A DNA stretch of 64,000 nt from assembly GCA_963663965.2 (NCBI GenBank), contig CAXXFK010000013.1:32001-96000 (forward strand), written 5' to 3'. This stretch comes from Sedimentisphaerales bacterium. Its GTDB lineage: Bacteria > Planctomycetota > Phycisphaerae > Sedimentisphaerales > SM23-30. Shown here piece after piece: positions 51,466 through 63,158 of this stretch. The position numbers and the translations under genes were made by a program. Each line of letters starts with the position of its first letter. The first letter of the stretch is position 1. The notes under the pieces are model-generated. The model did not search any database, was not told the origin of the DNA, and saw nothing but the letters and a program-made list of their open reading frames with translations.

Positions 51466-54400
51466 ATGGTAGAGTCGATTTACGACCGCATTAACGATTA
51501 TGGTTCCGTTAAAATCTCTCTGGCCAGCGCCAACGATATTCGCAGTTGGTCGTTTGGCGAAGTCCGAAAACCCGAGACGATTAACTATCGTACCTATCGT
51601 CCCGAAAAAGATGGCTTGTTCTGTGAGCGTATCTTTGGACCCGAGCGAGACTGGGAATGTGCCTGCGGTAAATACAAAGGCACTAAATTCAAAGGCATTA
51701 TCTGCGACCGATGCGGGGTGAAAGTAACCCATAGCCGCGTTCGTCGTAAACGCATGGGCCATATCAATCTGGCGGCTCCGATTGTCCATATCTGGTTTTT
51801 CAAGGCCATGCCCTCCCGTCTGGCGAATTTACTGGCCATGAAAACCGCCGATATTGAAAAAATCGTCTATTATCAGGACTATGTCGTTACCGATTCCGGT
51901 CCAACTTCGCTGAAAACCAAACAGCTTTTAACGGAAGATGAATACCGCCGGGCGCAGGAAACCTACGGCGCTGAAACCTTTGTCGCCGAAATGGGCGCTG
52001 ATGCGGTCCGTTCGCTTTTAAGTAAAATGGATTTGAAGGTTGAAGCGACCGTGTTGCGCGAAGAACTGATCAAGACCAATAGCCAGCAGAAAAAGAAAGA
52101 GATCAGCAAACGTCTCAAAATTGTCGAGTCATTGCGCAATAGCGAAAACGATCCGCTTTGGATGTCCATGGATGTGGTTCCAGTTATTCCACCGGATTTA
52201 CGGCCTCTGGTGTTGCTGGAAAGCGGTAACTTTGCCACCAGCGATTTGAATGACTTGTATCGTCGTATCATCAACCGAAACAATCGCCTCAAAAAGCTGA
52301 TTGACCTGAATGCCCCCGAAGTTATTATCCGTAATGAAAAACGCATGCTTCAGCAGGCGGTCGACGCTTTGTTTGATAATGGCCGTTGTCGCCGTCCCGT
52401 TCTGGGATCCAGCAACAGGCCGCTCAAGAGTTTGACTGACATGATCAAAGGCAAGCAGGGCCGCTTCCGTGAAAACCTGCTGGGCAAACGTGTGGATTAT
52501 TCCGCCCGTTCTGTGATTGTGGTGGGTCCAGAACTGAAAATTTTCCAGTGCGGTTTGCCCAAAAAGATCGCGTTGGAGTTATACCAGCCGTTTATCATTC
52601 GAAAACTGAAAGAACGCGGCCTGGCCGATACCATCAAGAGTGCCAAGAAAATGCTCGAGCGCAAGGAAGATTGCGTATGGGATGTACTCGAAGAAGTCAT
52701 TAAAGGCCATCCCGTACTGCTCAACCGCGCGCCCACCCTGCACCGAATGGGTATCCAGGCGTTTGAGCCGGTTTTGATTGAAGGGAACGCGATCCAGCTG
52801 CATCCCCTGGTTTGTAAAGGATTTAACGCGGACTTCGATGGTGACCAGATGGCAGTCCACCTGCCGTTAAGTGTTGAAGCTCAGGCCGAAGCGCATATCC
52901 TGATGTTATCTTCCAATAACATTTTCTCCCCGGCCAATGGTTCGCCCATCATGTCGCCATCTCAGGATATCGTTTTAGGTAATTATTATATCTCTTTGAT
53001 GCGGCCGCAGGAAAAGGGTGAAGGCATGGCCTTTGCCAACCCGTTCGAAGCGATTATGGCTTATGAAATGGGTTATATTACCGTGCATGCCAGAATCAAG
53101 GTGCGACTGCCCGAAACGAAACGCGCCAAAAATGAAGATGGTAAAATTACCGAACTGGGAGCCGTGATCGAAACGACTGCCGGCCGGTGTATATTCAATG
53201 ATATCCTGCCGGAAAAAATGGTGTTCTATAACACCCGGCTGGGCAACAAGAATCTCAGTGCGGTCATTAGCGATTGTTTCGAAGTGTGCGGTCGTTCCGA
53301 TACCATCGATCTGCTTGATAATGTGAAAGAACTGGGTTTCAAATACGCCACCAAGGCGGGATTATCCATGTCGGTAACCGATTTGCGCATCCCGACTCGC
53401 AAGCAGGAGATTATTGACAAAACTCAGACTCGGGTCGATAAAATCGTGACCAACTATAAAAAAGGCGCTCTGACTGACGGGGAACGCTATAACCAGATCA
53501 TTGACGCCTGGACTCATGCTCGTGTCGAAGTCACGAACGAGATGATGAAAGAACTGGAAAACGATGAACGGGATGGCAAGCTTTATCTCAATCCCGTCTT
53601 TCTGATGACCGAATCCGGCGCGCGTGGTCGTGTTGACCAGATCCAGCAGCTGGCAGGGATGCGCGCGTTGATGGCCAAGCCCTCCGGAGAAATCATCGAA
53701 ACGCCCATCAAGGCCAATTTCCGCGAAGGGTTGAACGTATTGGAATATTTCAGTTCCACGCACGGCGCGCGTAAAGGCCTGGCCGATACCGCGCTCAAGA
53801 CGGCGGACTCCGGCTACCTGACCCGTAAGCTGGCGGATGTCTGTCAGAATGTGATTATCAACCAGGATAATTGCGGCACCCTCAACGGCATCAACAAAAC
53901 CGCCGTCTATCAGGGTGAACAGGTCTCCGTACCGTTGCGTAATTTGATTATTGGCCGGGTGGCGCGCGATAATATCCGCAATCCGATTACTGATGAATAT
54001 ATCGTCCGTGAAAATGACATTATTACCATGGAAATGGCCCGCCGGATCGAAGAGCTGGGTCTGGATACGATTCGTGTCCGCAGCCCGATGACCTGCGAAA
54101 GCCCGTTGGGTATCTGTGCCAAATGTTATGGCGTTGACATGAGTACCGGTTTGGAAGTGGAACAGGGACTCGCTGTTGGCATCATTGCGGCTCAGTCCAT
54201 CGGCGAACCGGGAACGCAGTTAACCATGCGTACTTTCCATACCGGTGGTATTGCCGAACGCGCGGTCATGGAAAATCAATTACGTGCCTCTCAGGATGGT
54301 GTGATTAAATATATCAATCTGACCGTGGCGGATGTCCCGCAGGAGGATGGCTCCAAGCGTCGTGTCGCCCTTAAGCGTAATGGCGAAATTGCCATCGTGG

Positions 54401-55755
54401 ATGATAAAGGCCGTGAAATGGACCGCTTTACCGTGGCGTACGGCGCGGTGATTCTGGTTAAAGAAGATCAGAAAATCAAAGCGGGAAATCCATTGTTTGA
54501 ATGGGACCCTCACAGTGTTCCGATTCTTTCTGAAGCGGACGGTGTCATAAGCTTCCAGGACATTGAAGAAGGCGAAACGATCCGTACCGAAGTGGAAAAG
54601 GGCACCAAGCAGCGTCCTGTGGTTATCGAACATAAGGGCGAAAAACATCCGCGGATTGTGATTGAAGACAGCGAAGGCAAGATTCTGGACTTCCACTATC
54701 TGCCGGCCAAGGCCCGTATCCAGGTTGATGAAGGGATGACCGTTAACGCCGGGCAGGTTCTCGCTCTGCAACCGCGCGCCATTACCGGTACCCAGGATAT
54801 TACCGGCGGTCTGCCGCGCGTCACGGAAGTATTTGAAGCGCGCAAACCCAAAGAGCCGGCTGCGATGGCTGAAATTTCCGGAACCGTTGAATTAAAAGGT
54901 GATAAACGCCGCGGTAAAATGACCATTATCGTCCGGTCCGAATCGGGCATGGAAGTGGAACACCATGTACCGCATGATAAACATCTGCTGGTGCATGCGG
55001 GTGATTATGTCACGGCCGGTGATCCGTTGACTGACGGGCCTTTGGTGCCTCATGATATCCTGCGGATTAAAGGTGAAGAAGCGCTTCAGGCCTATTTGCT
55101 CAATGAAATTCAAAGTGTTTACCGGGCGCAGAAACAGACGATTAACGATAAACATGTTGAAATCGTGATCAGTCAGATGTTGCGTAAAGTCAAAGTGGAT
55201 AACGTTGGCAATACGGATCTGCTGCCGGGCGATATTCTGGATAAACATGTGTTCCGCACCGCCAACGATCGAATTGCCAATTCTCTCAGAGTGGCCGATA
55301 AGGGTGACAGTGATCTGACCGTCAATCAGGTCATTTCCAAAGAGGAATTGGCGCGTATCAACGAGCCGATCCAAGCCATCGGCGGTGACCCGGCGATTGG
55401 CAAAAAATGCCGGCCGGCTAACGGTACCACGATTCTGCTGGGTATTACCAAAGCGTCTTTGTCGTCCGATAGTTTTGTGTCGGCCGCCAGTTTCCAGGAA
55501 ACCACCCGGGTTCTCACCGAAGCCAGTATTTCCAGTAAGGTGGATCAACTGCTGGGCCTCAAGGAAAATGTGATTCTCGGACACCTGATTCCGGCCGGAA
55601 CCGGATTTAAAATGTATCTGGGAATCCAGGTCAAGCATAAGGCCGTCGTGGAAGTGCCCGCTGAGTTCGCCACGCGTGAGTTCGCGGATAAAGCCGCTCT
55701 GGAAGCCGCTGAAGACGCCAAAATTAAACAGGCTTTGGGCTTGACAGACAATTAA
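51466..55755 (+). CDS. rpoC: RNA polymerase beta' subunit
   Basis: Zn-finger cysteines, [29 protein letters not shown]. Confidence 0.99.
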   Translation: MVESIYDRINDYGSVKISLASANDIRSWSFGEVRKPETINYRTYRPEKDGLFCERIFGPERDWECACGKYKGTKFKGIICDRCGVKVTHSRVRRKRMGHINLAAPIVHIWFFKAMPSRLANLLAMKTADIEKIVYYQDYVVTDSGPTSLKTKQLLTEDEYRRAQETYGAETFVAEMGADAVRSLLSKMDLKVEATVLREELIKTNSQQKKKEISKRLKIVESLRNSENDPLWMSMDVVPVIPPDLRPLVLLESGNFATSDLNDLYRRIINRNNRLKKLIDLNAPEVIIRNEKRMLQQAVDALFDNGRCRRPVLGSSNRPLKSLTDMIKGKQGRFRENLLGKRVDYSARSVIVVGPELKIFQCGLPKKIALELYQPFIIRKLKERGLADTIKSAKKMLERKEDCVWDVLEEVIKGHPVLLNRAPTLHRMGIQAFEPVLIEGNAIQLHPLVCKGFNADFDGDQMAVHLPLSVEAQAEAHILMLSSNNIFSPANGSPIMSPSQDIVLGNYYISLMRPQEKGEGMAFANPFEAIMAYEMGYITVHARIKVRLPETKRAKNEDGKITELGAVIETTAGRCIFNDILPEKMVFYNTRLGNKNLSAVISDCFEVCGRSDTIDLLDNVKELGFKYATKAGLSMSVTDLRIPTRKQEIIDKTQTRVDKIVTNYKKGALTDGERYNQIIDAWTHARVEVTNEMMKELENDERDGKLYLNPVFLMTESGARGRVDQIQQLAGMRALMAKPSGEIIETPIKANFREGLNVLEYFSSTHGARKGLADTALKTADSGYLTRKLADVCQNVIINQDNCGTLNGINKTAVYQGEQVSVPLRNLIIGRVARDNIRNPITDEYIVRENDIITMEMARRIEELGLDTIRVRSPMTCESPLGICAKCYGVDMSTGLEVEQGLAVGIIAAQSIGEPGTQLTMRTFHTGGIAERAVMENQLRASQDGVIKYINLTVADVPQEDGSKRRVALKRNGEIAIVDDKGREMDRFTVAYGAVILVKEDQKIKAGNPLFEWDPHSVPILSEADGVISFQDIEEGETIRTEVEKGTKQRPVVIEHKGEKHPRIVIEDSEGKILDFHYLPAKARIQVDEGMTVNAGQVLALQPRAITGTQDITGGLPRVTEVFEARKPKEPAAMAEISGTVELKGDKRRGKMTIIVRSESGMEVEHHVPHDKHLLVHAGDYVTAGDPLTDGPLVPHDILRIKGEEALQAYLLNEIQSVYRAQKQTINDKHVEIVISQMLRKVKVDNVGNTDLLPGDILDKHVFRTANDRIANSLRVADKGDSDLTVNQVISKEELARINEPIQAIGGDPAIGKKCRPANGTTILLGITKASLSSDSFVSAASFQETTRVLTEASISSKVDQLLGLKENVILGHLIPAGTGFKMYLGIQVKHKAVVEVPAEFATREFADKAALEAAEDAKIKQALGLTDN

Positions 55756-55824
55756 GAACAACGTATAATAGCCGTTCTCTAAAAAGAGGAAACTGCTAAG
55801 TCGTTATATATATTGGAGTAATAA

Positions 55825-56196
55825 ATGCCGACCATTAATCAGTTAATTCGAAAAGGCCGCAAAAAACCGGTGAAAAGAAGTAAATCACCCGACTTGGATC
55901 GTTGTGGCCAGAAACGCGGTGTCTGCTTGCAGGTAAAAACCCAGACACCTAAAAAGCCCAATTCCGCTTTACGTAAGGTCGCCCGTGTGCGTCTCAGCAA
56001 CGGTCGTGAAATTACGGCATATATTCCTGGTATCGATCATAACCTGCAGGAACACAGTATCGTCCTGTGTCGCGGCGGGCGTGTTCGTGACCTGCCTGGT
56101 GTGCGTTATCATATCGTTCGCGGTACTCTCGATTCGCTGGGCGTCGCCAAGCGTAATCAGGGCCGTAGTAAATATGGCGCCAAAAAGCCAAAATAA
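55825..56196 (+). CDS. rpsL: 30S ribosomal protein S12
   Basis: [30 protein letters not shown]. Confidence 0.99.
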   Translation: MPTINQLIRKGRKKPVKRSKSPDLDRCGQKRGVCLQVKTQTPKKPNSALRKVARVRLSNGREITAYIPGIDHNLQEHSIVLCRGGRVRDLPGVRYHIVRGTLDSLGVAKRNQGRSKYGAKKPK

Positions 56197-56267
56197 TCGT
56201 AAGTATCAATAATAAAATAAGTTATATTAATTAATCGTGATGATGACCATGGAGGTTAAATAACGAT

Positions 56268-56741
56268 ATGCCAAGAAAGTTTACGGCATCCGAATTTCAG
56301 TTATCGCCTGACGCAAAATACAACAGCAAACTGGTAATGAAATTTATCAATTGCATGATGTATGATGGCAAAAAAAGTGTCGCTCAAAAAGTCGTTTATG
56401 ATGCGATGGATATTGTCAGCAAGCGGGTTAAAGATGTTTCTCCGCTTGAAGCCTTCGAGACAGCGATTAACAATGTCAAACCGCTGATTGAAGTTCGCAG
56501 CAAGCGGGTGGGGGGATCAACTTATCAGGTTCCCATGCCGGTTCCTTCCAAACGGCAGCAATCGCTGGCATTCCGCTGGATCCTGGCTGCGTGCCGAAAC
56601 AAAAAAGGCAAGCCCATGAGCGATAAACTGGCTGCTGAATTGACGGCTGCCTTCAATAAAGAAGGTACCGCTATGACGACTCGCGAGAATGTGCATAGAA
56701 TGGCGGAAGCCAATAAAGCATTCGCGCATTTCGCCTGGTAA
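56268..56741 (+). CDS. rpsG: 30S ribosomal protein S7
   Basis: [37 protein letters not shown]. Confidence 0.99.
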   Translation: MPRKFTASEFQLSPDAKYNSKLVMKFINCMMYDGKKSVAQKVVYDAMDIVSKRVKDVSPLEAFETAINNVKPLIEVRSKRVGGSTYQVPMPVPSKRQQSLAFRWILAACRNKKGKPMSDKLAAELTAAFNKEGTAMTTRENVHRMAEANKAFAHFAW

Positions 56742-56760
56742 TCCTTTTTTCAGACTATCA

Positions 56761-56803
56761 ATGTCACATTGGGGCCTCAAACCCCGGTGTGGCATTTTTT
56801 TTT
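56761..56803 (+). terminator. Rho-independent terminator between rpsG and fusA
   Basis: ATGTCACATTGGGG-CCTCAAA-CCCCGGTGTGGCAT (with G-U pairs) followed by about 8 T. Confidence 0.8.
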
Positions 56804-56946
56804 GCCATTTTCTTTTCCGATCAAAACGGATATGATAATGACAATAAGTAATTAATTCTATTATCTGTTAAGAAATGTTCCGTATTGAGATCGGAGAAGA
56901 TCTGCAACATAACATTTCAAGCAGTTTGATTCCCAAGGAACGATTC

Positions 56947-59022
56947 ATGGATCTGGAGAAGATCAGAAATATTGGTATTATGGCCCATATCGACGCCGGT
57001 AAAACCACAGTTACCGAGCGGATCCTCTATTTTACCGGCAAAACCTATAAAATCGGCGAAGTCCATAATGGCACCGCTGTGATGGACTACCTGCAGGAAG
57101 AGCAGGAACGTGGCATCACTATTACGTCTGCTGCGACCACCTGTCCATGGAAAGAATTCTCGATTAATCTGATCGATACCCCCGGCCATGTAGATTTCAC
57201 CATTGAAGTGGAACGTTCGCTACGCGTTCTGGATGGCGCCGTTGCCGTTTTTGATGCCAGCGAAGGGGTGCAGGCCCAGTCGGAAACCGTCTGGCGCCAG
57301 GCGGCCAAATACAATGTCCCCTGTATCTGTTTTATTAATAAAATGGATAAAATTGGCGCCGATTTCGAAATGAGTGTCAAAAGTATTCAGGAACGTTTGA
57401 TGGCCCATCCGGTTCCCATCCAGATCCCGGTGGGTTCCCAGGATGAGTTCGCCGGCTTTATTGACCTGATCGATATGAGAATGTTCCTCTTTGAACCGGA
57501 TAAGGTTGGCGCCAAATTCAATGAAGTGGATATTGATCAACCGTCTCTGGAAGAGGCCCGGCAGGCCCGCCTGCATCTGCTGGAAACGGCCGCGGAATTC
57601 GATGATCAACTGATGGAAAAATATCTAACGGAAGACACCATCGAACCGGAAGATATTATCCGGGCTGTGCGCGCCGGGACCATAGCCGGAAAAATTCAAC
57701 CGGTGCTATGTGGGTCAGCGCTGAAAAGCATTGGTTCGCGGAAATTGCTGGATGCCATTGTACGATATTTGCCCAGTCCGCTGGATCGCCCGGATGTGGA
57801 AGGACGCGATCCGGATCGTCCGGACAGGATCATCCCGATTGCCTGTGATCCGGATGGCGCATTGATGGCCCTGGCGTTTAAAATCACATCCGATCAACAT
57901 GGCGATCTGACCTTTATACGGCTGTATTCCGGCACCTTGAAAGCCGGCATGCGGGTTCTGAACAGCACGCGCAATAAAAAAGAAAACATTACCAAAATAT
58001 TTCGAATGCATGCGAATTCCCGTGTCATTCTGGAAGAGGCCCGGGCCGGCGATATTGTCGCGGTGGTGGGTTTAAAAAATTCCATTACCGGTGATACGAT
58101 CTGTCTGACCAAGGAACCGCTCCGCTTGCGCTCGATCGATTTTCCCGAACCCGTTATCAGTTTGTCTATCGAACCGCGGACCAGCGGCGAACGCCTCAAA
58201 TTGGCCCAAGCGTTGGAAACCCTCAAACGCGAAGACCCCTCTTTCCGGACTCATTATCAGGAGGAAACCGGCCAGACCATTATCAGCGGCATGGGCGAAC
58301 TCCATCTGGAAATTCTCCAGCATAAGCTGACGCGCGATATGAAAGTGGATGTCCTGATTGGCAAGCCGCGTGTCGCTTACAAAGAAACCGTTACCCAGAT
58401 CGGTCGGGGCGAGGGTAAATTTATCCGTCAGACCGGCGGACGCGGCCAGTACGGCCATGTCGTTTTGAATATCGAACCCTATTTACCATCTGCCAAGGGT
58501 GAAAAAAACGTCATCTTTGAAGATAAAACGGTAGGAGGCGCCATTCCAAAAGAGTTTATCCCGTCCGTTGCTTTGGGCGTTGAAGATGCCGCCGCCAGTG
58601 GTGTCCTGGCCTGTTTCCCGGTGATTAATATTAAAGTAACACTTCTGGATGGCTCATTCCACGAAGTCGACTCCTCTGATATCGCCTTTGAGCAGGCGGC
58701 CGCCCTGGCATTTCAGGATGCCGTCAAAAACGCCCGTCCGGTTTTGATGGAACCCATCATGAAACTGGTGGTTTCCACTCCGGAACAATTCTACGGCGCC
58801 GTTCAGGGCGATCTGACCCGAAAACGAGCCATCATCAATCAAACCGAGCAGCGCGGGCAGCTCCGTATCGTATATGCCCGTGTGCCCCTGGCGGAAATGT
58901 TTGGGTACGCTTCCGCGCTGCGCGGGGCTACGCAGGGTCGCGCCGGTTATACCATGGAAGCCGATTGCTACGAACCGATACCCGAGCAGATCTCACAGAA
59001 ACTGCTTGAAACCATTTATTGA
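56947..59022 (+). CDS. fusA: Elongation factor G
   Basis: [54 protein letters not shown]; start at the ATG at 56947 after AAGGA. Confidence 0.97.
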   Translation: MDLEKIRNIGIMAHIDAGKTTVTERILYFTGKTYKIGEVHNGTAVMDYLQEEQERGITITSAATTCPWKEFSINLIDTPGHVDFTIEVERSLRVLDGAVAVFDASEGVQAQSETVWRQAAKYNVPCICFINKMDKIGADFEMSVKSIQERLMAHPVPIQIPVGSQDEFAGFIDLIDMRMFLFEPDKVGAKFNEVDIDQPSLEEARQARLHLLETAAEFDDQLMEKYLTEDTIEPEDIIRAVRAGTIAGKIQPVLCGSALKSIGSRKLLDAIVRYLPSPLDRPDVEGRDPDRPDRIIPIACDPDGALMALAFKITSDQHGDLTFIRLYSGTLKAGMRVLNSTRNKKENITKIFRMHANSRVILEEARAGDIVAVVGLKNSITGDTICLTKEPLRLRSIDFPEPVISLSIEPRTSGERLKLAQALETLKREDPSFRTHYQEETGQTIISGMGELHLEILQHKLTRDMKVDVLIGKPRVAYKETVTQIGRGEGKFIRQTGGRGQYGHVVLNIEPYLPSAKGEKNVIFEDKTVGGAIPKEFIPSVALGVEDAAASGVLACFPVINIKVTLLDGSFHEVDSSDIAFEQAAALAFQDAVKNARPVLMEPIMKLVVSTPEQFYGAVQGDLTRKRAIINQTEQRGQLRIVYARVPLAEMFGYASALRGATQGRAGYTMEADCYEPIPEQISQKLLETIY

Positions 59023-59041
59023 ATTGAGTGAGTGTACTATC

Positions 59042-59743
59042 GTGATTAGACGGACCCAAAGTCATAAATCGACATCCTCTCGGATGATATTGCACAATCG
59101 ATCATGGCGTTCTGCATGGATGAATGGTGTTGGAACTCAGGTTGGGATGATCGCCTTTGTTGTTATTTATCTGTCCGGTTGCGCCAATGTTCGAATTACC
59201 GACCCATCGCGGACGGCCACCGAACAGTTTCTTTTGTCTCAGGCCGTCATTCAAGCGGTTGAACCATTTTCTTTTGACGCCTTGATGGGGCGCAAAGTTT
59301 ATCTGGAATCCGAGTTTTTTGCCGCTAACGAAAAAGAATTTGTCCTGGGAGAGTTCCGCGCCAAAATGCTTTTATCCGGCATCCAGATCGTCAATGAAAG
59401 AGAGAATGCTGAAATTGTCGTTGAAATTCGTAGCGGCGGTGTTGGAATCGATCGATATGAAAGTCTGCTTGGATTACCGGCGTTATTAATGCCTTCGTTC
59501 GCCTCGATGGCGACGGATACCCCCATGGCCACCCTGATTACTCCCGAACTGGCCATCAGTAAGAAAGTCAAACAGGTGAGTTTTGCCAGTGTCGCCTATG
59601 TGGCCTACTGGGCCGATACCGGCGAAGTCGTGGCCAGCTCCGGCCCGTCACGTGGCAAAACCTGGCGTGAAGACTGGTGGTTCTTTGGCATTGGTCCGCG
59701 CTCCGTGGGGAATGTGCCTACGGTCGATCATAAGACCAAATAG
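59042..59743 (+). CDS. Putative lipoprotein, DUF6655-like
   Basis: Lipobox LSGC after a hydrophobic stretch, RTATEQFLLS motif; start uncertain (59042, 59084 or 59120). Confidence 0.6.
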   Translation: MIRRTQSHKSTSSRMILHNRSWRSAWMNGVGTQVGMIAFVVIYLSGCANVRITDPSRTATEQFLLSQAVIQAVEPFSFDALMGRKVYLESEFFAANEKEFVLGEFRAKMLLSGIQIVNERENAEIVVEIRSGGVGIDRYESLLGLPALLMPSFASMATDTPMATLITPELAISKKVKQVSFASVAYVAYWADTGEVVASSGPSRGKTWREDWWFFGIGPRSVGNVPTVDHKTK

Positions 59744-59775
59744 CCAAAACCTCACATTGGGTTGATCGATTTACC

Positions 59776-62700
59776 ATGAAACGAAAACTGCTCAAATTTT
59801 CGATTCTGCTGCTTGTTCTCGCCCTGTTATTTTTCGGCGTGATCCAGGCTGTTCTTTGGAGCGATCTGCCGCGCCAGTGGGCCATCCGTATCATTCAGTC
59901 TCAACTGGGCATGGTGACCGATCTGCAAAACTTAACGATTGGTTGGAATGGCCATACCGAAATCAAGGGCTTGCGGCTGGGCTTACCCGTTGAAAATGAA
60001 CCGTTCCTTAAAATTGACACCATTTCAGTGCACCATAATTCTCTGGCTGGCTTGGCGCTTTCCCGTCAGGTTCAGATCCAGACAGTTAAGATCGATGGGG
60101 TGGACCTGTCATGCCGCCTCCAGAAAAACCAGCGCTGGAACCTCGTCGACGCGATCGATATGCTTAAGCCACTGCTGGCCGGAAATAGTAATCAAAGTCA
60201 TACCTCGCTCCCACAGGTTGTTCTGAACCAGGCCAATCTTACCGTCGTCGATTCCGAGGGTAACCCGCATCCAATTGGACCGGTACATTTTGAAGCCGAA
60301 TCAGACCCGGAGTTTCGTTGGCATTTCCAGGTTCAGGATGCGGAGCATACGATTGCCAGCGGATCGTTGGCATTGCCGCAGTTACAATCTCATGAACTGA
60401 CTTTTGACCTGAGTGGCTGGGATGAGGTACTCTCGGTGTTCGTACCGGATTGCCCCGGGCCTGTCAATATTCAAGGCCATTGGTCCGGTGCGTTCAATGC
60501 CAATAGGTTGCAAGGGGAGTTAACGCTGCAACAGGCCTGTCTGGGCCCATATCATGCCTCCGGGAATCTGTCCGTTGCGGTAATGTCTGATACAATCCTG
60601 GTGGAACCGAAAGATCTGACCGTAACGGATCCTGCCTTATCTGACCAACCGTTAGTTTTCACGGATGGAATGTTCCAATACCATGCCTCGCTAATCTCAA
60701 TGGAACAATTGCAGCTGACCCTGGGGGAGAATTTATTTGCTCTCAATGGCAGCTATCGGTTGGCGGATGCAACCCTGGCAATGGGGGGGACTTGGATTTT
60801 TAATCTGCCGGATGAAGAAATCAGCAATCATGCCACCTGGCAGGCAACTGCCACAGTGCCTCTGGCCGGGAAGAAGCAAGCCACCGTGGAAGTTACAATG
60901 TCCGGCCGAACTCCCCGGCAGCAAGCTAAAATTAATGCGCTTATCACCGCCCAGGCAGCGGATTGGCAACAAGCCGGCCTGCAAATAGCGTTAAATCATA
61001 TCGAATTATGTCAGGATAATGAATGGGTGTTTCCCAAACCCCTGACGATGGCAGCTCATGTTGATAACAAAGGGATCTATCTTGACAAGTTTGACTGGCC
61101 CCAGGCCCGCGACATGACGGTTCAGGGGCAATATCGCTTCAAACCCCAGGACTGGCAGATCACGATCGATGCCAATTCGCTTGACATACCCCATTGGCTC
61201 GAAGCCCCCGTTTCATTGGAAACCTCACTGGCCGGTTCTGGTTCTCAATTTAATATCGATAAGGCCCATGTCAATTATCGTGACTTGATTCTTGATTTGA
61301 ATGGCGAAGTTTCTTTAAAGGACATGCGCCTGGTTAACAGTTATCTCCAATTGCAGGAAACGATGGATCCCCTTCGTGCCTCACCGTTCCAGGCCTGGCA
61401 ATTTACCGGACAGTTGCAGGGTGATTTGGCCGGTTTCAATCTGAATGGGGACGGAGATTTAGTCGTTGACCAGATCAATCTGGGGGCTCAGCCGCTCGAT
61501 TCTCTGTTGATCCCGGTCAATGTCAGTACCCGGTTGAATTCAATTACCGTCGCGTCCAATTCCTTTGCCTTGCTGGAAGGCCGGTCCAGTATCAATGGTA
61601 ATTTTGATCTTCAACATGGCAATGGAGTATGTCAGGTCCAGTTTCGCGATATTTCTTTACCGCGATTATCTCAAATACTCGGTTCCGATCAGGTCCAATC
61701 CGGATTGTTTTCCGGCGGCCTGACCATTCAGGTACCCCAGTTCGATTGGCAAAAATTGACCGCCTCCGGGCATTGGGAACTGGCGAACCTGACTGCCAGG
61801 GCGCTCGATATCCAACAGGCCGGCGGCGCTATATCGATGAAAAACGGCCAGATTCTATTCGATCCGGTTATTTTACATAATCGCAACGGCGATGTGCGCG
61901 GAACGGTCGGTTACACGGTTAACCATAGTAAAAAGCTGGACCTGAATATAGACATGAGTCACTGGCCGGTGGAATTCGATCCCGATTTTCAGATCGAAGC
62001 GAATGGTTGTGCGGAGGTTTCCATTGATCTGGATCGTGATAATATCAACGGGAATGTTTTGCTTTCCGGCCCGGTTCACTGGCAGGGGCATTCCCTGGGT
62101 GAGTTAACCATTCATTCCGATATTGTTGATCGGGATATCCGGATTGCCTCGATAAATGGAGACCTGTTGGGGGGGGCAATCAACGGAAGCGCCGGCCTGC
62201 CTTTGGATAACTGGCAGAATTTCCAGGCCCAATTGAAATATCAGGATGCCCGGTTGGATCAATTGACACAATGGTATCCATCTCTGATTGGATTGACTGG
62301 CCGCCTGTCTTCTCAGATCAACATTGGTCCGGCACAAGGTGCCCATCCACTCGAACCGCTGACGGCGGTCATCTCTTCCAGTTCCGACGATGCGCGTTTT
62401 AAAAGTATTCAAATCGGTCCCGCCCTGATCTCCGCCCATATCGGGCCTGAACGGCTGGTAGTGGATACGTTCGATTGTCAGGTTATGAATGGATGGGTTC
62501 GTAATCGTGCCCGTTTGTCCCGGCATGCTGACCGATTATGGCTTTATCTTTCTTCCGATCTGGATCGATTGGATCTGGCCCAGTTGACTCAGACTCTGCA
62601 ACCGGAATCCAGACCGGTGGTCGGCCGGATCAGCGGTAAAAGCGTTTTAGTACTTACCACGGATCCAAACAGCATGTCCGGCCAGATCGATCTGAAAATC

Positions 62701-63129
62701 TCAGACTCTGACCTGATCAACTCAACGATTTTTACGGCGCTGTATAACGCGATGAACCTCAAAGGTCTCAGTGCGAAACCTCAAGGTGAAGGATCGTTAC
62801 GGTTGAATGTGAACGGTACCCGGGCTGAATTTACCAGCTTTTATTATTTTAACCATGGGATTGAAGTGCGGGGAACCGCGCGGATTGCCGATCTGACCCT
62901 GGGTATCAATAGCCCGATCGAAGGATTTGTATTTGGTACCAGTCGGCCGCTCAAAGACCTGCGTTTACCGGGAATCGAAGAACTCGATCAACTCATGACG
63001 TCTTTACAGAATTCGACTGCGGTGGTCAAAATCTCCGGAACAATGGGGCAGCCTGAAGTGTCAGTCATACCCTTCCCCGAGGTGAGTAATTCCATTCGTA
63101 AGCTGCTTTGGGGACAGCTGAAAGAATGA
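59776..63129 (+). CDS. AsmA/TamB-like large beta-rich envelope protein
   Basis: N-terminal TM anchor, 1117 aa of amphipathic beta-strands, C-terminal VKISGTMGQPEV motif typical of the AsmA clan. Confidence 0.65.
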   Translation: MKRKLLKFSILLLVLALLFFGVIQAVLWSDLPRQWAIRIIQSQLGMVTDLQNLTIGWNGHTEIKGLRLGLPVENEPFLKIDTISVHHNSLAGLALSRQVQIQTVKIDGVDLSCRLQKNQRWNLVDAIDMLKPLLAGNSNQSHTSLPQVVLNQANLTVVDSEGNPHPIGPVHFEAESDPEFRWHFQVQDAEHTIASGSLALPQLQSHELTFDLSGWDEVLSVFVPDCPGPVNIQGHWSGAFNANRLQGELTLQQACLGPYHASGNLSVAVMSDTILVEPKDLTVTDPALSDQPLVFTDGMFQYHASLISMEQLQLTLGENLFALNGSYRLADATLAMGGTWIFNLPDEEISNHATWQATATVPLAGKKQATVEVTMSGRTPRQQAKINALITAQAADWQQAGLQIALNHIELCQDNEWVFPKPLTMAAHVDNKGIYLDKFDWPQARDMTVQGQYRFKPQDWQITIDANSLDIPHWLEAPVSLETSLAGSGSQFNIDKAHVNYRDLILDLNGEVSLKDMRLVNSYLQLQETMDPLRASPFQAWQFTGQLQGDLAGFNLNGDGDLVVDQINLGAQPLDSLLIPVNVSTRLNSITVASNSFALLEGRSSINGNFDLQHGNGVCQVQFRDISLPRLSQILGSDQVQSGLFSGGLTIQVPQFDWQKLTASGHWELANLTARALDIQQAGGAISMKNGQILFDPVILHNRNGDVRGTVGYTVNHSKKLDLNIDMSHWPVEFDPDFQIEANGCAEVSIDLDRDNINGNVLLSGPVHWQGHSLGELTIHSDIVDRDIRIASINGDLLGGAINGSAGLPLDNWQNFQAQLKYQDARLDQLTQWYPSLIGLTGRLSSQINIGPAQGAHPLEPLTAVISSSSDDARFKSIQIGPALISAHIGPERLVVDTFDCQVMNGWVRNRARLSRHADRLWLYLSSDLDRLDLAQLTQTLQPESRPVVGRISGKSVLVLTTDPNSMSGQIDLKISDSDLINSTIFTALYNAMNLKGLSAKPQGEGSLRLNVNGTRAEFTSFYYFNHGIEVRGTARIADLTLGINSPIEGFVFGTSRPLKDLRLPGIEELDQLMTSLQNSTAVVKISGTMGQPEVSVIPFPEVSNSIRKLLWGQLKE

Positions 63130-63158
63130 TCGCATAAAGCTGTTTAGCGACAGGCGGG

